A model generated the notes under the pieces. It was given only the letters and a program-made list of their open reading frames with translations. It was not told the origin of the DNA and did not search any database. The translations under genes and the position numbers were made by a program. A stretch of 64,000 nt of DNA, taken from assembly GCA_963707215.1 (NCBI GenBank), contig CAVPPB010000003.1, forward strand, positions 1,600,001-1,664,000. Direction: 5' to 3'. This document shows positions 8,887-18,999 of this stretch, in pieces. Origin of the DNA: an uncultured Chloroflexia bacterium (lineage in GTDB: Bacteria > Chloroflexota > Limnocylindria > Limnocylindrales > CSP1-4). Numbering within the stretch: the first letter of the stretch is position 1; the number at the start of each line of letters is the position of its first letter.

Positions 8887-11181
8887 ATGACCATCTTCGA
8901 GTGGCTGGGCCGCTTCGTCCACCGGCGGCGCTGGTGGGTGATCGGGGCCTGGGCCGTCCTGCTTCTGCTCGCGCTGCCCCTCGCTCCGCAGGCACCCGGT
9001 GCCCTGCGGGCGGGCGGCTTCACCAGCGAGGACCTGGAGTCGGCGCGGGCACGCTCGCTTCTTGAGGACGAGCTTGGTCTGCCGCCGTCGGCGGTCGTCG
9101 TCGTCATCGACAGCGAGACGATGCGGGCCGGGACGCCGGAGTTCGAGACGGCGGCCGCGGCGGCGGTCCGCGACGTCGCCACGGCCCCGCACGTGACCGG
9201 CCTGGTCTCGCACCTCGTGGCGCCGCGCCAGGTGTCGACGGACGGGCGGACCGTCTATGACGTCGTCCTCCTCGACCTCGAGCCCGACGTGTCCCCGGAG
9301 GCGCTGCCCGGCATCGAGGAGCGGATCCGCCCGCAGGCGGGCATCGATGTCTCGCTGGCGGGCGGACCTGCCTTCTACGGCGACATCCAGACGGTCTCGG
9401 AGGCGGACCTCCGACGTAGCGAGCTGGTCTCGCTGCCGCTCGCGGCGGTCGCGCTCGTGCTCGTCTTCGCCTCGGTCGTGGCAGCCGGGGTGCCATTGGT
9501 GGTCGGCGGCGCGGCGGTCCTCGTCGCCCTCGCGGCCATCTTCGTGCTCGCCAGCCTCACCCCGATGAGCGTCTTCGTCCTCAACCTCGCCACGCTCCTG
9601 GGCCTGGGCCTGGGCGTCGACTACTCCCTGCTGATGACGAGTCGCTTCCGCGAGGAGCTGGCGCACCGACCCGGCGGCCGGGCGCGTGGACCCGAGCGCG
9701 ACGCCGCGATCGAGGCAGCGGTCCGCATCTCGGTGGCGACCGCCGGCCGGGCCGTCTTCTTCAGCGGCCTGACCGTGCTCCTGGGCCTGCTCGGCCTCGT
9801 TCTCTTCGAGTTCATGGTCCTGCGCTCGGTCGGCATCGCCGGGGCGATCGTCGTGGGGCTCGCCGTGCTGGCGGCCCTCACCCTGCTCCCGGCAGTCCTG
9901 TCGGTCCTGGGCCCGCGGGTCGATGCCCTGACGATCCGGCGACTCCGGCCGACCCCCAATTCAGCCGGTCGCTGGGCCCGCCTGGCCCGCTGGGTCATGG
10001 CCCGGCCGGTCGCCGTGTTCGTCCCGACGCTCGCCTTCCTCCTGCTCCTGGGCCTGCCCTTCCTGTCGGTCCGCTTCAACGCCCCCGACGCGTCGATCCT
10101 GCCGCCATCGGTACCCTCGCGGGCTGCCTTCGACCGTCTCGTGGAGCAGTTCGGCGAGGGCGCCTTCGCCCCGCTCCAGCTGGCGGTCCGGACGACCGGG
10201 CCGGCTACCGACCCCGCCAACCTCGAGTCGCTCTACGACTACTCGCGACGCCTGGCGGCCGATCCCAGGGTCGCCCGGGTCGAAGGCATCGTCGACATCG
10301 ATCCGCGGCTGGAGCTCGAGCAGTACCAGCTCCTGTACGGGGCGCCGGAGGGTCCGCCTGATCGCTTCGTCCAGGCCGCCGTGGGATCGACGACGAAGGG
10401 CGACCTCACGGTCTTCACGCTGACGACGCCGTACGGGCCGAACCGCGACGAGGCCCGCGAGCTGGTCCGGGACCTCCGCTCATCCGATGGACCACTGGCA
10501 CCGCCGGCCGGCACGACGGTCCTGGTCGCCGGAGGCGCTGCCGACGTGGCCGACGTCGTCGGGCGGATCGGGGCCGACTTCCCGCGGACGGCCCTCTTCA
10601 TCCTCGTCGCCACCTACGCGGTCCTGTTCGTCCTCCTTCGCTCGGTCATCCTGCCGCTCAAGGCGATCCTGATGAACACGCTGTCCATCGTGGCCGCCTT
10701 CGGGGCCCTGGTCTGGATCTTCCAGGAGGGCAACCTCTCGGCCATCCTCGGCTTCCAGCCGCTGGGCTTCGTGGAGACGACCCTGCCGGTCATCCTCTTC
10801 TGCGTCCTCTTCGGGCTCTCGATGGACTACGAGGTCTTCCTGCTGTCCCGGATGAAGGAAGCCTGGGACCAGACCGGCGACAACCGCGAGGCGGTCGCCC
10901 GGGGCCTGGAGCGCAGCGGCAGGATCGTCACCTCGGCCGCCCTGATCGTGGTCGTCGTCGCCGGGTCGTTCGCCTTCGCCGACATCGTCCTCATCAAGGC
11001 CCTCGGGCTCGGCGTCGCCATCTCGGTGGCCCTCGACGCGACGGTGGTCCGGGCGCTCCTGGTCCCGGCCACGATGCGGCTGCTGGGGCGCTGGAACTGG
11101 TGGCTGCCCGAGCGTCTGGAGCGGCTCGTCTCGACCCGCCTGCCGCGCTCGGAGGCCGAGGTGGAGGCGGCCTTCCGATGA
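8887..11181 (+). CDS. MMPL family (RND) transporter
   Basis: GLGVDYSLL...RFREE, FGLSMDYEVFLLSRMKE, GRWNWWLP. Confidence 0.93.
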   Translation: MTIFEWLGRFVHRRRWWVIGAWAVLLLLALPLAPQAPGALRAGGFTSEDLESARARSLLEDELGLPPSAVVVVIDSETMRAGTPEFETAAAAAVRDVATAPHVTGLVSHLVAPRQVSTDGRTVYDVVLLDLEPDVSPEALPGIEERIRPQAGIDVSLAGGPAFYGDIQTVSEADLRRSELVSLPLAAVALVLVFASVVAAGVPLVVGGAAVLVALAAIFVLASLTPMSVFVLNLATLLGLGLGVDYSLLMTSRFREELAHRPGGRARGPERDAAIEAAVRISVATAGRAVFFSGLTVLLGLLGLVLFEFMVLRSVGIAGAIVVGLAVLAALTLLPAVLSVLGPRVDALTIRRLRPTPNSAGRWARLARWVMARPVAVFVPTLAFLLLLGLPFLSVRFNAPDASILPPSVPSRAAFDRLVEQFGEGAFAPLQLAVRTTGPATDPANLESLYDYSRRLAADPRVARVEGIVDIDPRLELEQYQLLYGAPEGPPDRFVQAAVGSTTKGDLTVFTLTTPYGPNRDEARELVRDLRSSDGPLAPPAGTTVLVAGGAADVADVVGRIGADFPRTALFILVATYAVLFVLLRSVILPLKAILMNTLSIVAAFGALVWIFQEGNLSAILGFQPLGFVETTLPVILFCVLFGLSMDYEVFLLSRMKEAWDQTGDNREAVARGLERSGRIVTSAALIVVVVAGSFAFADIVLIKALGLGVAISVALDATVVRALLVPATMRLLGRWNWWLPERLERLVSTRLPRSEAEVEAAFR

Positions 11182-12404
11182 GCCGACGCCCGGCCGCCGT
11201 CGCCTGCCTCGCCACCCGCCTCGGCCGCGGGGCCGCCCTCATCGCCCTGGCCGCGGTCCTGGCTGCCTGCGCCGGGGGGCCGATCCTTGCTGTTCCGCCG
11301 GCCCCGCGGCCGTCGATCACCCCCGAGACCCCGCCGGCGATCCCGTTGAGCGACCCGCAGCCCGTGGTGCTGCCGCGCGACGACGGCCCGCACAGCCGGC
11401 TGACGGAGTGGTGGTACTACACCGGCCATCTCCAGGACGAGGCCGGCGCCTGGTACGGCTTCGAGTACGTCATCTTCCGGGCCGAGCGCGGCGACTTCCC
11501 CGTGTCCTGGGCGTCGCATCTGGCCGTCACCGATGTCGAGGGCGACACGTTCCGCTACGCCGAGCGGGCCGAGATCGGGGCCCAGGTGGATCGCTCGCCG
11601 CGGAGCCCGGACGGCAGGCCCACCGGCTTCGATCTCGCCCTGAGCGGGGCCGACCCGACCCGACCCGAGACGTTCGGGCTGCCGGCCTGGACGATGACCG
11701 GGAGCGGCGGGAACGACCGCCTCGCCGCCTCCCTCGGGCCGGACGAGGCCGCCGGGCGGGGCTCACCGGGCGGGATGGGCCTGGACCTCCGGCTGGAGAC
11801 GACCAAGCCGCCGGCCCTCCACGACACCGACGGCTGGATCGACTTCGGCCCGGCGGGGGGCTCGTACTACTACTCGCGCACCTCGATGGCGGCCGAGGGG
11901 ACATTGACGCTCGACGGACGAACGCGGCAGGTGACCGGGGTCGCCTGGTTCGACCACCAGTGGGGCGACTTCATCGCCGTCGGCGGCGGAGGCTGGGACT
12001 GGTTCGCGGCGAACCTCGACGACGGCACCGAGCTGACCGTCTCGCTCGTCAGGGACCGCGATGGCTCCTACCCGCTCAGCTACGGGACGCTCGTGGACGC
12101 TGAGGGCGGGACCCGCCACCTGCCCGCCGATGCCATCTCGGTGCAGCCGCTGGGCAGCTGGACGAGCGAGCGCAGCGGGGCCACCTACCCATCCGGATGG
12201 CACGTCGCGGTCCCCTCCGAGGAGCTGGACCTCGTCCTCGAGCCGGTGGTCCTCGACCAGGAGCTCGACACCCGGGCGACGACCGGTGTCGTCTACTGGG
12301 AGGGCGCCCAGGTCGTGTCCGGGACGCGGGCCGGGGAGCCGATCGCCGGTCGCGCCTACGTCGAGCTGACCGGCTACGCCCCCGCCGAGCCGGCTGCCCG
12401 CTGA
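11178..12404 (+). CDS. AttH/CrtC-like lipocalin-domain lipoprotein
   Basis: EWWYYTG, SYYYS, WFDHQWG, GWDWF, YWEG, AYVELTGY; lipobox LAAC; ATGA overlap with the MMPL stop. Confidence 0.85.
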   Translation: MSRRPAAVACLATRLGRGAALIALAAVLAACAGGPILAVPPAPRPSITPETPPAIPLSDPQPVVLPRDDGPHSRLTEWWYYTGHLQDEAGAWYGFEYVIFRAERGDFPVSWASHLAVTDVEGDTFRYAERAEIGAQVDRSPRSPDGRPTGFDLALSGADPTRPETFGLPAWTMTGSGGNDRLAASLGPDEAAGRGSPGGMGLDLRLETTKPPALHDTDGWIDFGPAGGSYYYSRTSMAAEGTLTLDGRTRQVTGVAWFDHQWGDFIAVGGGGWDWFAANLDDGTELTVSLVRDRDGSYPLSYGTLVDAEGGTRHLPADAISVQPLGSWTSERSGATYPSGWHVAVPSEELDLVLEPVVLDQELDTRATTGVVYWEGAQVVSGTRAGEPIAGRAYVELTGYAPAEPAAR

Positions 12405-12502
12405 GCGAGCCCTCCGGGGCCGCCGAGTCTTGGCGAGCCGGCCGCGTCCGCGAGCGCGACCGGGCATTCACGCACCTCGCAGGTACGCCATACTCAGGCA
12501 CC

Positions 12503-12955
12503 ATGCGACTCGAGCTGACCCGCCGGGCCGACTACGCCGTCCGGGCGATGCTGGCCCTGTCCGTCCCCGACGGCCCGCGGCCCCAGAGCGTCCGGCGGAT
12601 CGCCGAGCGGATGGGGATCCCGCCTCGCTTCCTGCCGCAGGTCATGCACGACCTGTCAGCGGCCGATCTGGTCGAGGCCTTCGCCGGCCGACATGGTGGC
12701 TACCGGCTCCGCCGGCCGGCCGGGGAGATCTCGCTGCTCGACGTGATCGAGGCCGTCGAGGGCGACACCCGCCGCCAATCGTGCGTGCTGCGTGGCGGCC
12801 CGTGCGGGGTCGAGGGCTTCTGCGCGGTCCACGACGTGTTCGCCGGGGCCCAGGACGACGTCCTCGCCCGACTCGAGCAGGCACGCCTGGCCGACGTCGC
12901 GGACGTCTTCGAGCGCTTCGGGCGGGACGCCATCGACCGAGTGCCCGGCCGCTGA
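12503..12955 (+). CDS. Rrf2 family transcriptional regulator (3 Cys, probably Fe-S)
   Basis: ADYAVRAML, GRHGGYRL, ISLLDVIEAVEG, C-x6-C-x5-C. Confidence 0.9.
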   Translation: MRLELTRRADYAVRAMLALSVPDGPRPQSVRRIAERMGIPPRFLPQVMHDLSAADLVEAFAGRHGGYRLRRPAGEISLLDVIEAVEGDTRRQSCVLRGGPCGVEGFCAVHDVFAGAQDDVLARLEQARLADVADVFERFGRDAIDRVPGR

Positions 12956-13094
12956 CGCGATCGGAGCGCCGGATGGCGGCCGACCGTCGTCCGGATGGCC
13001 CCACCAGCCGTGACGTCCGACCCAGCGGGTCCCGGCCGCTTCTCGGGTAGCATCGTGCCGCGCCGATCCGGCTACGGTCGGCCCGGAGGTCCCC

Positions 13095-13778
13095 ATGCAG
13101 CACGCAGCACCCGACGCCGCCGTCGAGCGCCGCTGGGCCGTCGTCGGCCTGGTGGGCGTCGGCTTGGTATTCGTGGCGCTCGTCGCGCTCATCGCCTGGG
13201 TGGCCCTGGAGCGGGCCTCCGGCTCGGCGGACGTCGCCGGCGGCGCCGACGGTGACGAGATCGCCGGTGGCCCTTCGCCCTTCGCCTACCCCACGATCGA
13301 GCCGGCCCCGCCCCTCGACCTCGTCGACCACACGGGGCAGCCATTCGACCTGAGCGGCCTGCAGGGCCACCCGGTCCTCGTCTTCTTCGGCTACACGCAC
13401 TGCCCCGACGTCTGCCCGACCACGATCGGCACGGTCAACCGCGTCCTCGGCGACGTCGGCGATGGCCCGCGGGTCCTGTTCGTCTCGATCGACCCCGAGC
13501 GCGACACGCCCGAGGCGATGGCGGAGTACGTCCGGTTCCTGCCCGAGGGCTACATCGGCCTGAGCGGCGACGACATCCAGGTCCGGGCCGCGGCCGACGG
13601 CTACCGGGTCAGCTACGCCAAGGTGGAGACGGGTTCGGCATCCGGCTACGCCATGGCCCACACGGCCGAGCTCTACCTCATCGACCCGGAGGGCCGGCTG
13701 CGCTACCACTACCCGTTCGGGACCGACGAGGAGGTCGTCGCCGCGGACGTGGCCGCCCTCCTCGCGGAGCGCTCATGA
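13095..13778 (+). CDS. SCO1/SenC copper chaperone
   Basis: FFGYTHCPDVCP, SIDPERDTP, conserved His in MAHTA. Confidence 0.93.
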   Translation: MQHAAPDAAVERRWAVVGLVGVGLVFVALVALIAWVALERASGSADVAGGADGDEIAGGPSPFAYPTIEPAPPLDLVDHTGQPFDLSGLQGHPVLVFFGYTHCPDVCPTTIGTVNRVLGDVGDGPRVLFVSIDPERDTPEAMAEYVRFLPEGYIGLSGDDIQVRAAADGYRVSYAKVETGSASGYAMAHTAELYLIDPEGRLRYHYPFGTDEEVVAADVAALLAERS

Positions 13779-13789
13779 AGGGAGCACCG

Positions 13790-14233
13790 ATGTCTCGTCT
13801 CGCGACGCTCGCGCTGGCGATCATCAGCGTCATCGCCATGGTCGGCCTGGCCGGCTGCGGATCGGCTGGCTCGATCAAGGTGTCCGACGCCTGGGCCCGT
13901 CCCTCGATGGGCATGGACCGGGCCGGGGCTGCCTACATGGTCGTCGAGAACACCGGCGAAGAGGGCGACGTGCTGCTCGGCGCCGCCAGCCCGGCGGCGG
14001 CCACGGTCGAGGTCCACGAGACCATCGAAGGCGGCGACGGCACGATGTCGATGCAGCCGATCGGGTCGCTGGACATCGCGGCCGGGGAGACGGTCCGCCT
14101 GGAGCCAGGCGGCTACCACATCATGCTGATCGAGCTGACCGGCGAGCTGGTCGTCGGCGACACGATCGAGATCACCCTGACCTTCGAGACCGCCGGCGAG
14201 GTCAAGGTCAGCGCCGAGGTCAGGGAGGGCTGA
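13790..14233 (+). CDS. PCu(A)C copper chaperone lipoprotein
   Basis: DAWAR, EVHET...MSM, PGGYHIML; lipobox LAGC. Confidence 0.92.
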   Translation: MSRLATLALAIISVIAMVGLAGCGSAGSIKVSDAWARPSMGMDRAGAAYMVVENTGEEGDVLLGAASPAAATVEVHETIEGGDGTMSMQPIGSLDIAAGETVRLEPGGYHIMLIELTGELVVGDTIEITLTFETAGEVKVSAEVREG

Positions 14234-14240
14234 CCCGCCG

Positions 14241-15290
14241 ATGCGTCCCGATCGACTGCCTCGTCTCTCCCGCCTCGCCGCCCTCGGCCTCACCGTGGTC
14301 ACGACGCTGGCCGCCTGCAGCGGACCGGCCGGACCCGCGACCCCGGCGGGTGATGCCGGCTGGGAGTTCTCGCCGGTACCCGGTGGCAGCGCAGCGCCAA
14401 GCCAGGCCGCCCCGTCTGCCGTGCCGTCCCCCGAGGGCAGCGGGACGAGCGGGCCCGCCCCGGAGGGCGAGACCGCGTCCGTGCTGATGGTCTCCACGGC
14501 TGTGTGGGCCGATGGAGGCCCGGTCATGGTCGCCCTCGTCGGCGATGGTGGCGGCTCGTTGATCGGGCCCGGAGCGAGCGCCTCGGTCTCGATGACCCCC
14601 CTTGACGGCAGCGGCCCGCCCGTCCGCGCCGGGGCGGTCGTCGTGGCCTCGGAGGGATCGGACCGGGAGGTCCTCTACGCCGAGCTCACGCCGGGCCGGA
14701 CGGGCCGCTGGCGGCTCGACGTCGAAGCCGTGGACGAGGGCCGGACGATCCGGGCCTCGACCGAGGTGGACGTCCTGGGCTCCGGGGCGACGCCGCGGAT
14801 CGGGACCCGCGCCCCGGACGTCACCACGCCCACCCTGGCCGACGTGGGTGGCACGATCGCCCTCGTCACCACGGATCCGCAGCCCGACCCCAGGCTCTCC
14901 ACACGCTCGACCGCCGAGGCCCGGTCGTCGCGGCTGCCGTACGTCCTGGTCATCGACTCGTGGCGCTTCCGGGTCTCGACGGCATGCGGCCTCGCCATCC
15001 CGCTGGCCCGCTACCTGGCCGACAAGTGGGGCGATGACGTCGTCTTCGTCCACCTGGAGCCGTTCCACTACTCGCTGGTCTCGACGACCCCGGTCCTCGA
15101 CACGCCGGACGGCACGCCCCGCCTCAACCCGACGAGCAAGGCCTGGGGGATGGGCGAGGGTCCGTGGCCCCTCGAGGCGATGCCCTGGGCGTTCGTCGTC
15201 GACGGGGACGGGATCGTCCGCTCCAAGGTCACCGGTGTCTTCGGGACGGACGAGATCGACCTGGTCCTGACACGGATCGCCGCCACCTGA
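14241..15290 (+). CDS. Hypothetical lipoprotein with thioredoxin-like C-terminal domain
   Basis: Lipobox LAAC; VVFVHLEP...MPWAFVVDGDG pattern typical of TlpA-like folds. Confidence 0.6.
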   Translation: MRPDRLPRLSRLAALGLTVVTTLAACSGPAGPATPAGDAGWEFSPVPGGSAAPSQAAPSAVPSPEGSGTSGPAPEGETASVLMVSTAVWADGGPVMVALVGDGGGSLIGPGASASVSMTPLDGSGPPVRAGAVVVASEGSDREVLYAELTPGRTGRWRLDVEAVDEGRTIRASTEVDVLGSGATPRIGTRAPDVTTPTLADVGGTIALVTTDPQPDPRLSTRSTAEARSSRLPYVLVIDSWRFRVSTACGLAIPLARYLADKWGDDVVFVHLEPFHYSLVSTTPVLDTPDGTPRLNPTSKAWGMGEGPWPLEAMPWAFVVDGDGIVRSKVTGVFGTDEIDLVLTRIAAT

Positions 15291-15323
15291 GCGACGGACG
15301 GACGGCTCAGGGAGGGACGGCCC

Positions 15324-15755
15324 CTACGCGGGGGACCGGCGGAGGGCCAGGACCGCGACGACCAGCCCCGCGACCACGGTCGTGCCGTAGGCCACGCACC
15401 AGGCGCAGATCGCCTCGATGACGAAGAGCTCCAGGTAGGTCAGGTAGGCCACGCCGAGCGAGCCGAGGATGCCGAGGCCGTAGGCGACCAGGAGCGCTCG
15501 GCGATCCCTCGTGGCCAGCCAGCGCAGCCCCGCCCCGAGGACGACGACGGAGTAGGCCACCCCGTACAGCGCGACCGGCAGACCGAACAACTCGCTGTAC
15601 TCGCTGCCCTGGACGAGCTCGCAGCCACCATCCGGGCCGCAGGCCGGCAGGCCGCCTGCCAGCCGGACGGCAAGGAGATAGGTGGCGATGACCAGGCCGA
15701 CGAGTGGCAGGACGACGAGCAGCAGCCCCAGGGGATCGCGTCGGACGGCGCTCAA
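15324..15755 (-). CDS. Vitamin K epoxide reductase (VKOR) family
   Basis: Loop Cys pair CGPDGGC, SEYSELFGLPVA, CAWC in the last TM. Confidence 0.92.
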   Translation of the reverse strand: MSAVRRDPLGLLLVVLPLVGLVIATYLLAVRLAGGLPACGPDGGCELVQGSEYSELFGLPVALYGVAYSVVVLGAGLRWLATRDRRALLVAYGLGILGSLGVAYLTYLELFVIEAICAWCVAYGTTVVAGLVVAVLALRRSPA

Positions 15756-15775
15756 TGGAACGGGACGTGGGCCGG

Positions 15776-16582
15776 TTATGGGGCCGACCAGGCGCTCGCC
15801 GCGGCGTCACGGATGAGGGTCGCGAGCTGCTCGTACGGCACGGCGCCCTCGTAGCGCTCGCCGTTCACGGCGATCGTCGGGGTCAGCCGGATGCCGTCGG
15901 CCGCGCCGGCGTCGGTGTCGGCGACGACCTGGTCCTGGACGTCCCCGCGATCCATGCAGGCATTCCAGGCGTCGACGTCGAGGCCCGTCCGCTCGGCGAT
16001 GGCCTCGAGGCGGTCCCTGGCGAACGCACCCTCGTTCTCGCCGCTCTGGTTGGCGAAGAGCCAGTCGTGGAACTGCCAGAACGATCCCTGCTCGCCGGCA
16101 CAGTGCGCTCCGGCCGACGCCTCGACCGATTCGTCATAGGACGAGGCCGAGCGCCGGCCCTGGAAGGCGGCGTCATGGTGGAAGATGCGCAGGGTGCCGT
16201 CGACCACGAACGTCTCGCGGATGAGCGTCTCGGTGTCCCGGGCGAAGACCCCGCAGGCCGGGCACTGGAAGTCGGACCAGACGTCGAGGGTGACCGGGGC
16301 GTCGGCCTGGCCCATGGTGGCGCCGTCGACGACGGCACCGGCCGGGACCGGGCGCTCCGGGGCCAGCAGATCCCCGCCGGCGTTGCCGCCGCCGCCCTGG
16401 GTGAGGACGGCGAAGGCGATGACGACTGCCCCGACGAGCAGGGCGCCGCCGGTGATGAGGACGGTCGGTGACGCCCAGGCCGGCCGGGTCGACGTCTGCT
16501 CCTGGCGGACCCGGCGCTCGCGTCGACCGGCTTGTCGGCGCTCGCGTCGCGTCTGGTAGCTGGGCGGCTGCTTCTGGCTCAG
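15776..16582 (-). CDS. DsbA/BdbD-like thioredoxin-fold protein with N-terminal TM (probable CTG start)
   Basis: SDFQCPAC, TPT cis-Pro loop. The frame is open upstream of ATG16315 through a TM helix to CTG16582, which has GGAGG 8 nt upstream. Confidence 0.85.
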   Translation of the reverse strand: MSQKQPPSYQTRRERRQAGRRERRVRQEQTSTRPAWASPTVLITGGALLVGAVVIAFAVLTQGGGGNAGGDLLAPERPVPAGAVVDGATMGQADAPVTLDVWSDFQCPACGVFARDTETLIRETFVVDGTLRIFHHDAAFQGRRSASSYDESVEASAGAHCAGEQGSFWQFHDWLFANQSGENEGAFARDRLEAIAERTGLDVDAWNACMDRGDVQDQVVADTDAGAADGIRLTPTIAVNGERYEGAVPYEQLATLIRDAAASAWSAP

Positions 16583-16721
16583 GGTCGGATCCTCCGTGGC
16601 TCGCGGTATGGGCGGGCGCCCGCCATCCTACCGTGCCTGGGCCGGAGCCTCATCGCGCGCGCTTCGCGAGTCGTCAGCGTGGCAGCGGCGCGTGCTCTCG
16701 TGCCCACTCGACAGCATCAAC

Positions 16722-16736
16722 TGAGACTGGGTATCA
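16722..16736 (+). promoter_or_regulatory. Putative Fur/Zur-family operator overlapping the -10 box
   Basis: TGAGACTGGGTATCA resembles the 7-1-7 Fur-family box TGATAATnATTATCA. It overlaps TATCAT just before an operon encoding a Fur-family protein. Confidence 0.5.
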
Positions 16737-16745
16737 TTCGCCCCC

Positions 16746-17672
16746 ATGTCCCAGCCACCCGTACCGCCCCACCACGCTCCCCCATCCGGCACCCAGACGC
16801 GACGATCGCTGCCCAACGTCAGCGCGGCGATGGACCCAGCCCACGCCCGGGCGCACGCCGATGTCTGGCTCGCCGAGGTGACGGCCGGGTATGAGGACCG
16901 GCCCGTCCTGGAAGGGATCTCGGTGGCCGTCGAGTCGGGAACGCTGCTGGCGGTCGTAGGACCGAACGGGTCCGGCAAGAGCACGCTCCTCAAGGTCATC
17001 GCGGGGCTGCTCCGTCCATGGAGCGGCCGAGTGGAGACCCTGGGCCATCCGCCCGGCCAGCAGGCCCGCCGGGTCGCCTATGTACCCCAGGCCGAGCTCG
17101 TGGACTGGGGCTTTCCCGTGACGGTCGGCGACGTCGTGATGATGGGCCGCTATCCGCGCCTTGGCCCGCTCCGGCGGCCCGGCCCGGAAGATCGGCGAGC
17201 CGTGGCCGAGGCCCTCCGCCAGGTCGGCATGAGCCAGCACACCGGCACCCAGATCGGTCGCCTGTCCGGTGGCCAGCGGCGACGGGTCTTCCTGGCCCGG
17301 GCCCTCGCTGGGCAGCCGGACCTCTACCTGCTCGACGAGCCGGTGACCGGCATCGACGCGACGACCGAGGCCGAGCTGATGGACATCCTGGAGGCCGAGA
17401 CACGTCGGGGCCGAACGGTCATCGCCACGACCCACGACCTTGCCGGCGTCGCCGATCGCTTCCAGCACGTGTTGGCCATCAACCGGCGGGTGATCGCCCA
17501 CGGTCCCGCCTCGCTCATCCTGGACCGGGCGGTCCTGGCCGAGATCTACGGCAGCCACCTGCTGGTCCTCGAGGGAGGGCGGGTCGCCCTCGACGACGCG
17601 CATCACCACGACGAAGCGGCACCCGGCGAGGTCCACTTCCACGACGACCGGCCGAGGGGGGCAGGTCGCTGA
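16746..17672 (+). CDS. znuC: Zn/Mn ABC transporter ATP-binding subunit
   Basis: GPNGSGKST, AYVPQ, LSGGQRRRV, LLDEP, His-rich tail. Confidence 0.88.
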   Translation: MSQPPVPPHHAPPSGTQTRRSLPNVSAAMDPAHARAHADVWLAEVTAGYEDRPVLEGISVAVESGTLLAVVGPNGSGKSTLLKVIAGLLRPWSGRVETLGHPPGQQARRVAYVPQAELVDWGFPVTVGDVVMMGRYPRLGPLRRPGPEDRRAVAEALRQVGMSQHTGTQIGRLSGGQRRRVFLARALAGQPDLYLLDEPVTGIDATTEAELMDILEAETRRGRTVIATTHDLAGVADRFQHVLAINRRVIAHGPASLILDRAVLAEIYGSHLLVLEGGRVALDDAHHHDEAAPGEVHFHDDRPRGAGR

Positions 17673-18523
17673 TGGACGCGATCCTCGAGCCGTTGGCGCT
17701 CGCCTTCTTCGTTCGCGCACTGATCGCCTCGGCCATGGTCGGGGTCGTGTGTGCGGTGGTCGGCACCTACGTCGTGCTCCGCGGGATCGCCTTCATGGGC
17801 GATGCCATCAGCCACGCGGCATTTCCCGGTCTCGTGGCGGCCTACCTTCTCCAGGCCCCCTTCTATCTCGGGGCCGGGGTCGCCGCGGTGGCCACGGCGG
17901 TCGGCATCGGCTGGGTCACCCGCCGGGCCCGCATCCGCCAGGAGACCGCGATCGGGGTGCTCTTCGCCGGCACCTTCGCCCTCGGCATCTTCATGTTCAG
18001 CACGATCGAGGGCTACGTCGCCGATCTGTTCAGCTTCCTGTTCGGCAACGTCCTGGCGATCGGGGCCGACGACCTCATGGGACTCCTGGTCCTGGCAGGG
18101 CTCGTCCTGGTGACCGTGGCCGCCCTGTGGAAGGAGCTGCTCTACGCCACCTTCGACCCGCTCGGCGCGGGGGCCTCGGGGTTCCGCGTCGAGTGGCTCG
18201 AGTACATCTTCCTCGGGCTCGTGGCGTTGACGATCGTGGTCAGCCTCCAGGCGGTCGGCATCATCCTGGTCGTGGCGATGCTGGTGACGCCGGCCGCCAC
18301 CGCCCAGCTGCTGACGCTCCGGTTCGGCCGGATGATGTCGCTGGCGATCCTGGTTGGGATCGGCTCGGCGGTCGTGGGTCTGTACCTGTCCTACTGGCTC
18401 GACGTGGCCAGCGGCGCGACCATCGTCCTCGTGGAGACGGCGGCCTTCCTGGTCGCGCTCGGGCTCGGGCCCCGGACCGGTCTCGTCGCGAGGCTTCGCC
18501 GCAACGGTGGGGCAGGCGCATGA
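17672..18523 (+). CDS. znuB: Zn/Mn ABC transporter permease
   Basis: GDAISHAAFPG, FLFGNVL, VGIILVVAMLVTPAATA. Confidence 0.9.
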   Translation: MDAILEPLALAFFVRALIASAMVGVVCAVVGTYVVLRGIAFMGDAISHAAFPGLVAAYLLQAPFYLGAGVAAVATAVGIGWVTRRARIRQETAIGVLFAGTFALGIFMFSTIEGYVADLFSFLFGNVLAIGADDLMGLLVLAGLVLVTVAALWKELLYATFDPLGAGASGFRVEWLEYIFLGLVALTIVVSLQAVGIILVVAMLVTPAATAQLLTLRFGRMMSLAILVGIGSAVVGLYLSYWLDVASGATIVLVETAAFLVALGLGPRTGLVARLRRNGGAGA

Positions 18524-18963
18524 CCGAGCGCGCCGTCCTCATCGACGCCCTCGACCGGGCCGGCTATCGGCTGACCGCGCCGCGCCGCGGGGTCGCCGAG
18601 CTGGTCGCCCGACGGGACGGCCACTTCACGGCGGCCGATATCGTGGGCGACGCGCGTCGTCGTCGTCCGGGCATCGGCCGGGCCACGGTGTTCCGGACGC
18701 TCGACCTGCTCACCGAGGTGGGGGTGGTCGAGCGGGTCGACCTGCCCGACGGGGGACACGCCTACGTCGGATGCGAGCCGAGCCACCACCATCACGTGAT
18801 CTGCACGAACTGCGGGCGGACGGCCGAGGTCGCCGACTGCGGGATGCGGGAGGTGGCCCGCGAGGTCGAGCGGGTCTCCGGCTACCGGGTCGCCAGCCAT
18901 CGCCTGGAGCTCTTCGGGACCTGCCCCGACTGCGGTCCGGACCCGTCGCCCGCCGGCGGCTGA
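18520..18963 (+). CDS. Fur-family regulator (Zur-like)
   Basis: RLTAPR, ATVFRTL, HHHHVICTNCG, CPDC. Confidence 0.9.
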   Translation: MTERAVLIDALDRAGYRLTAPRRGVAELVARRDGHFTAADIVGDARRRRPGIGRATVFRTLDLLTEVGVVERVDLPDGGHAYVGCEPSHHHHVICTNCGRTAEVADCGMREVAREVERVSGYRVASHRLELFGTCPDCGPDPSPAGG

Positions 18964-18999
18964 GCCCGCGCCCCACCCGATCCAGGAGGACCCGTCCCG

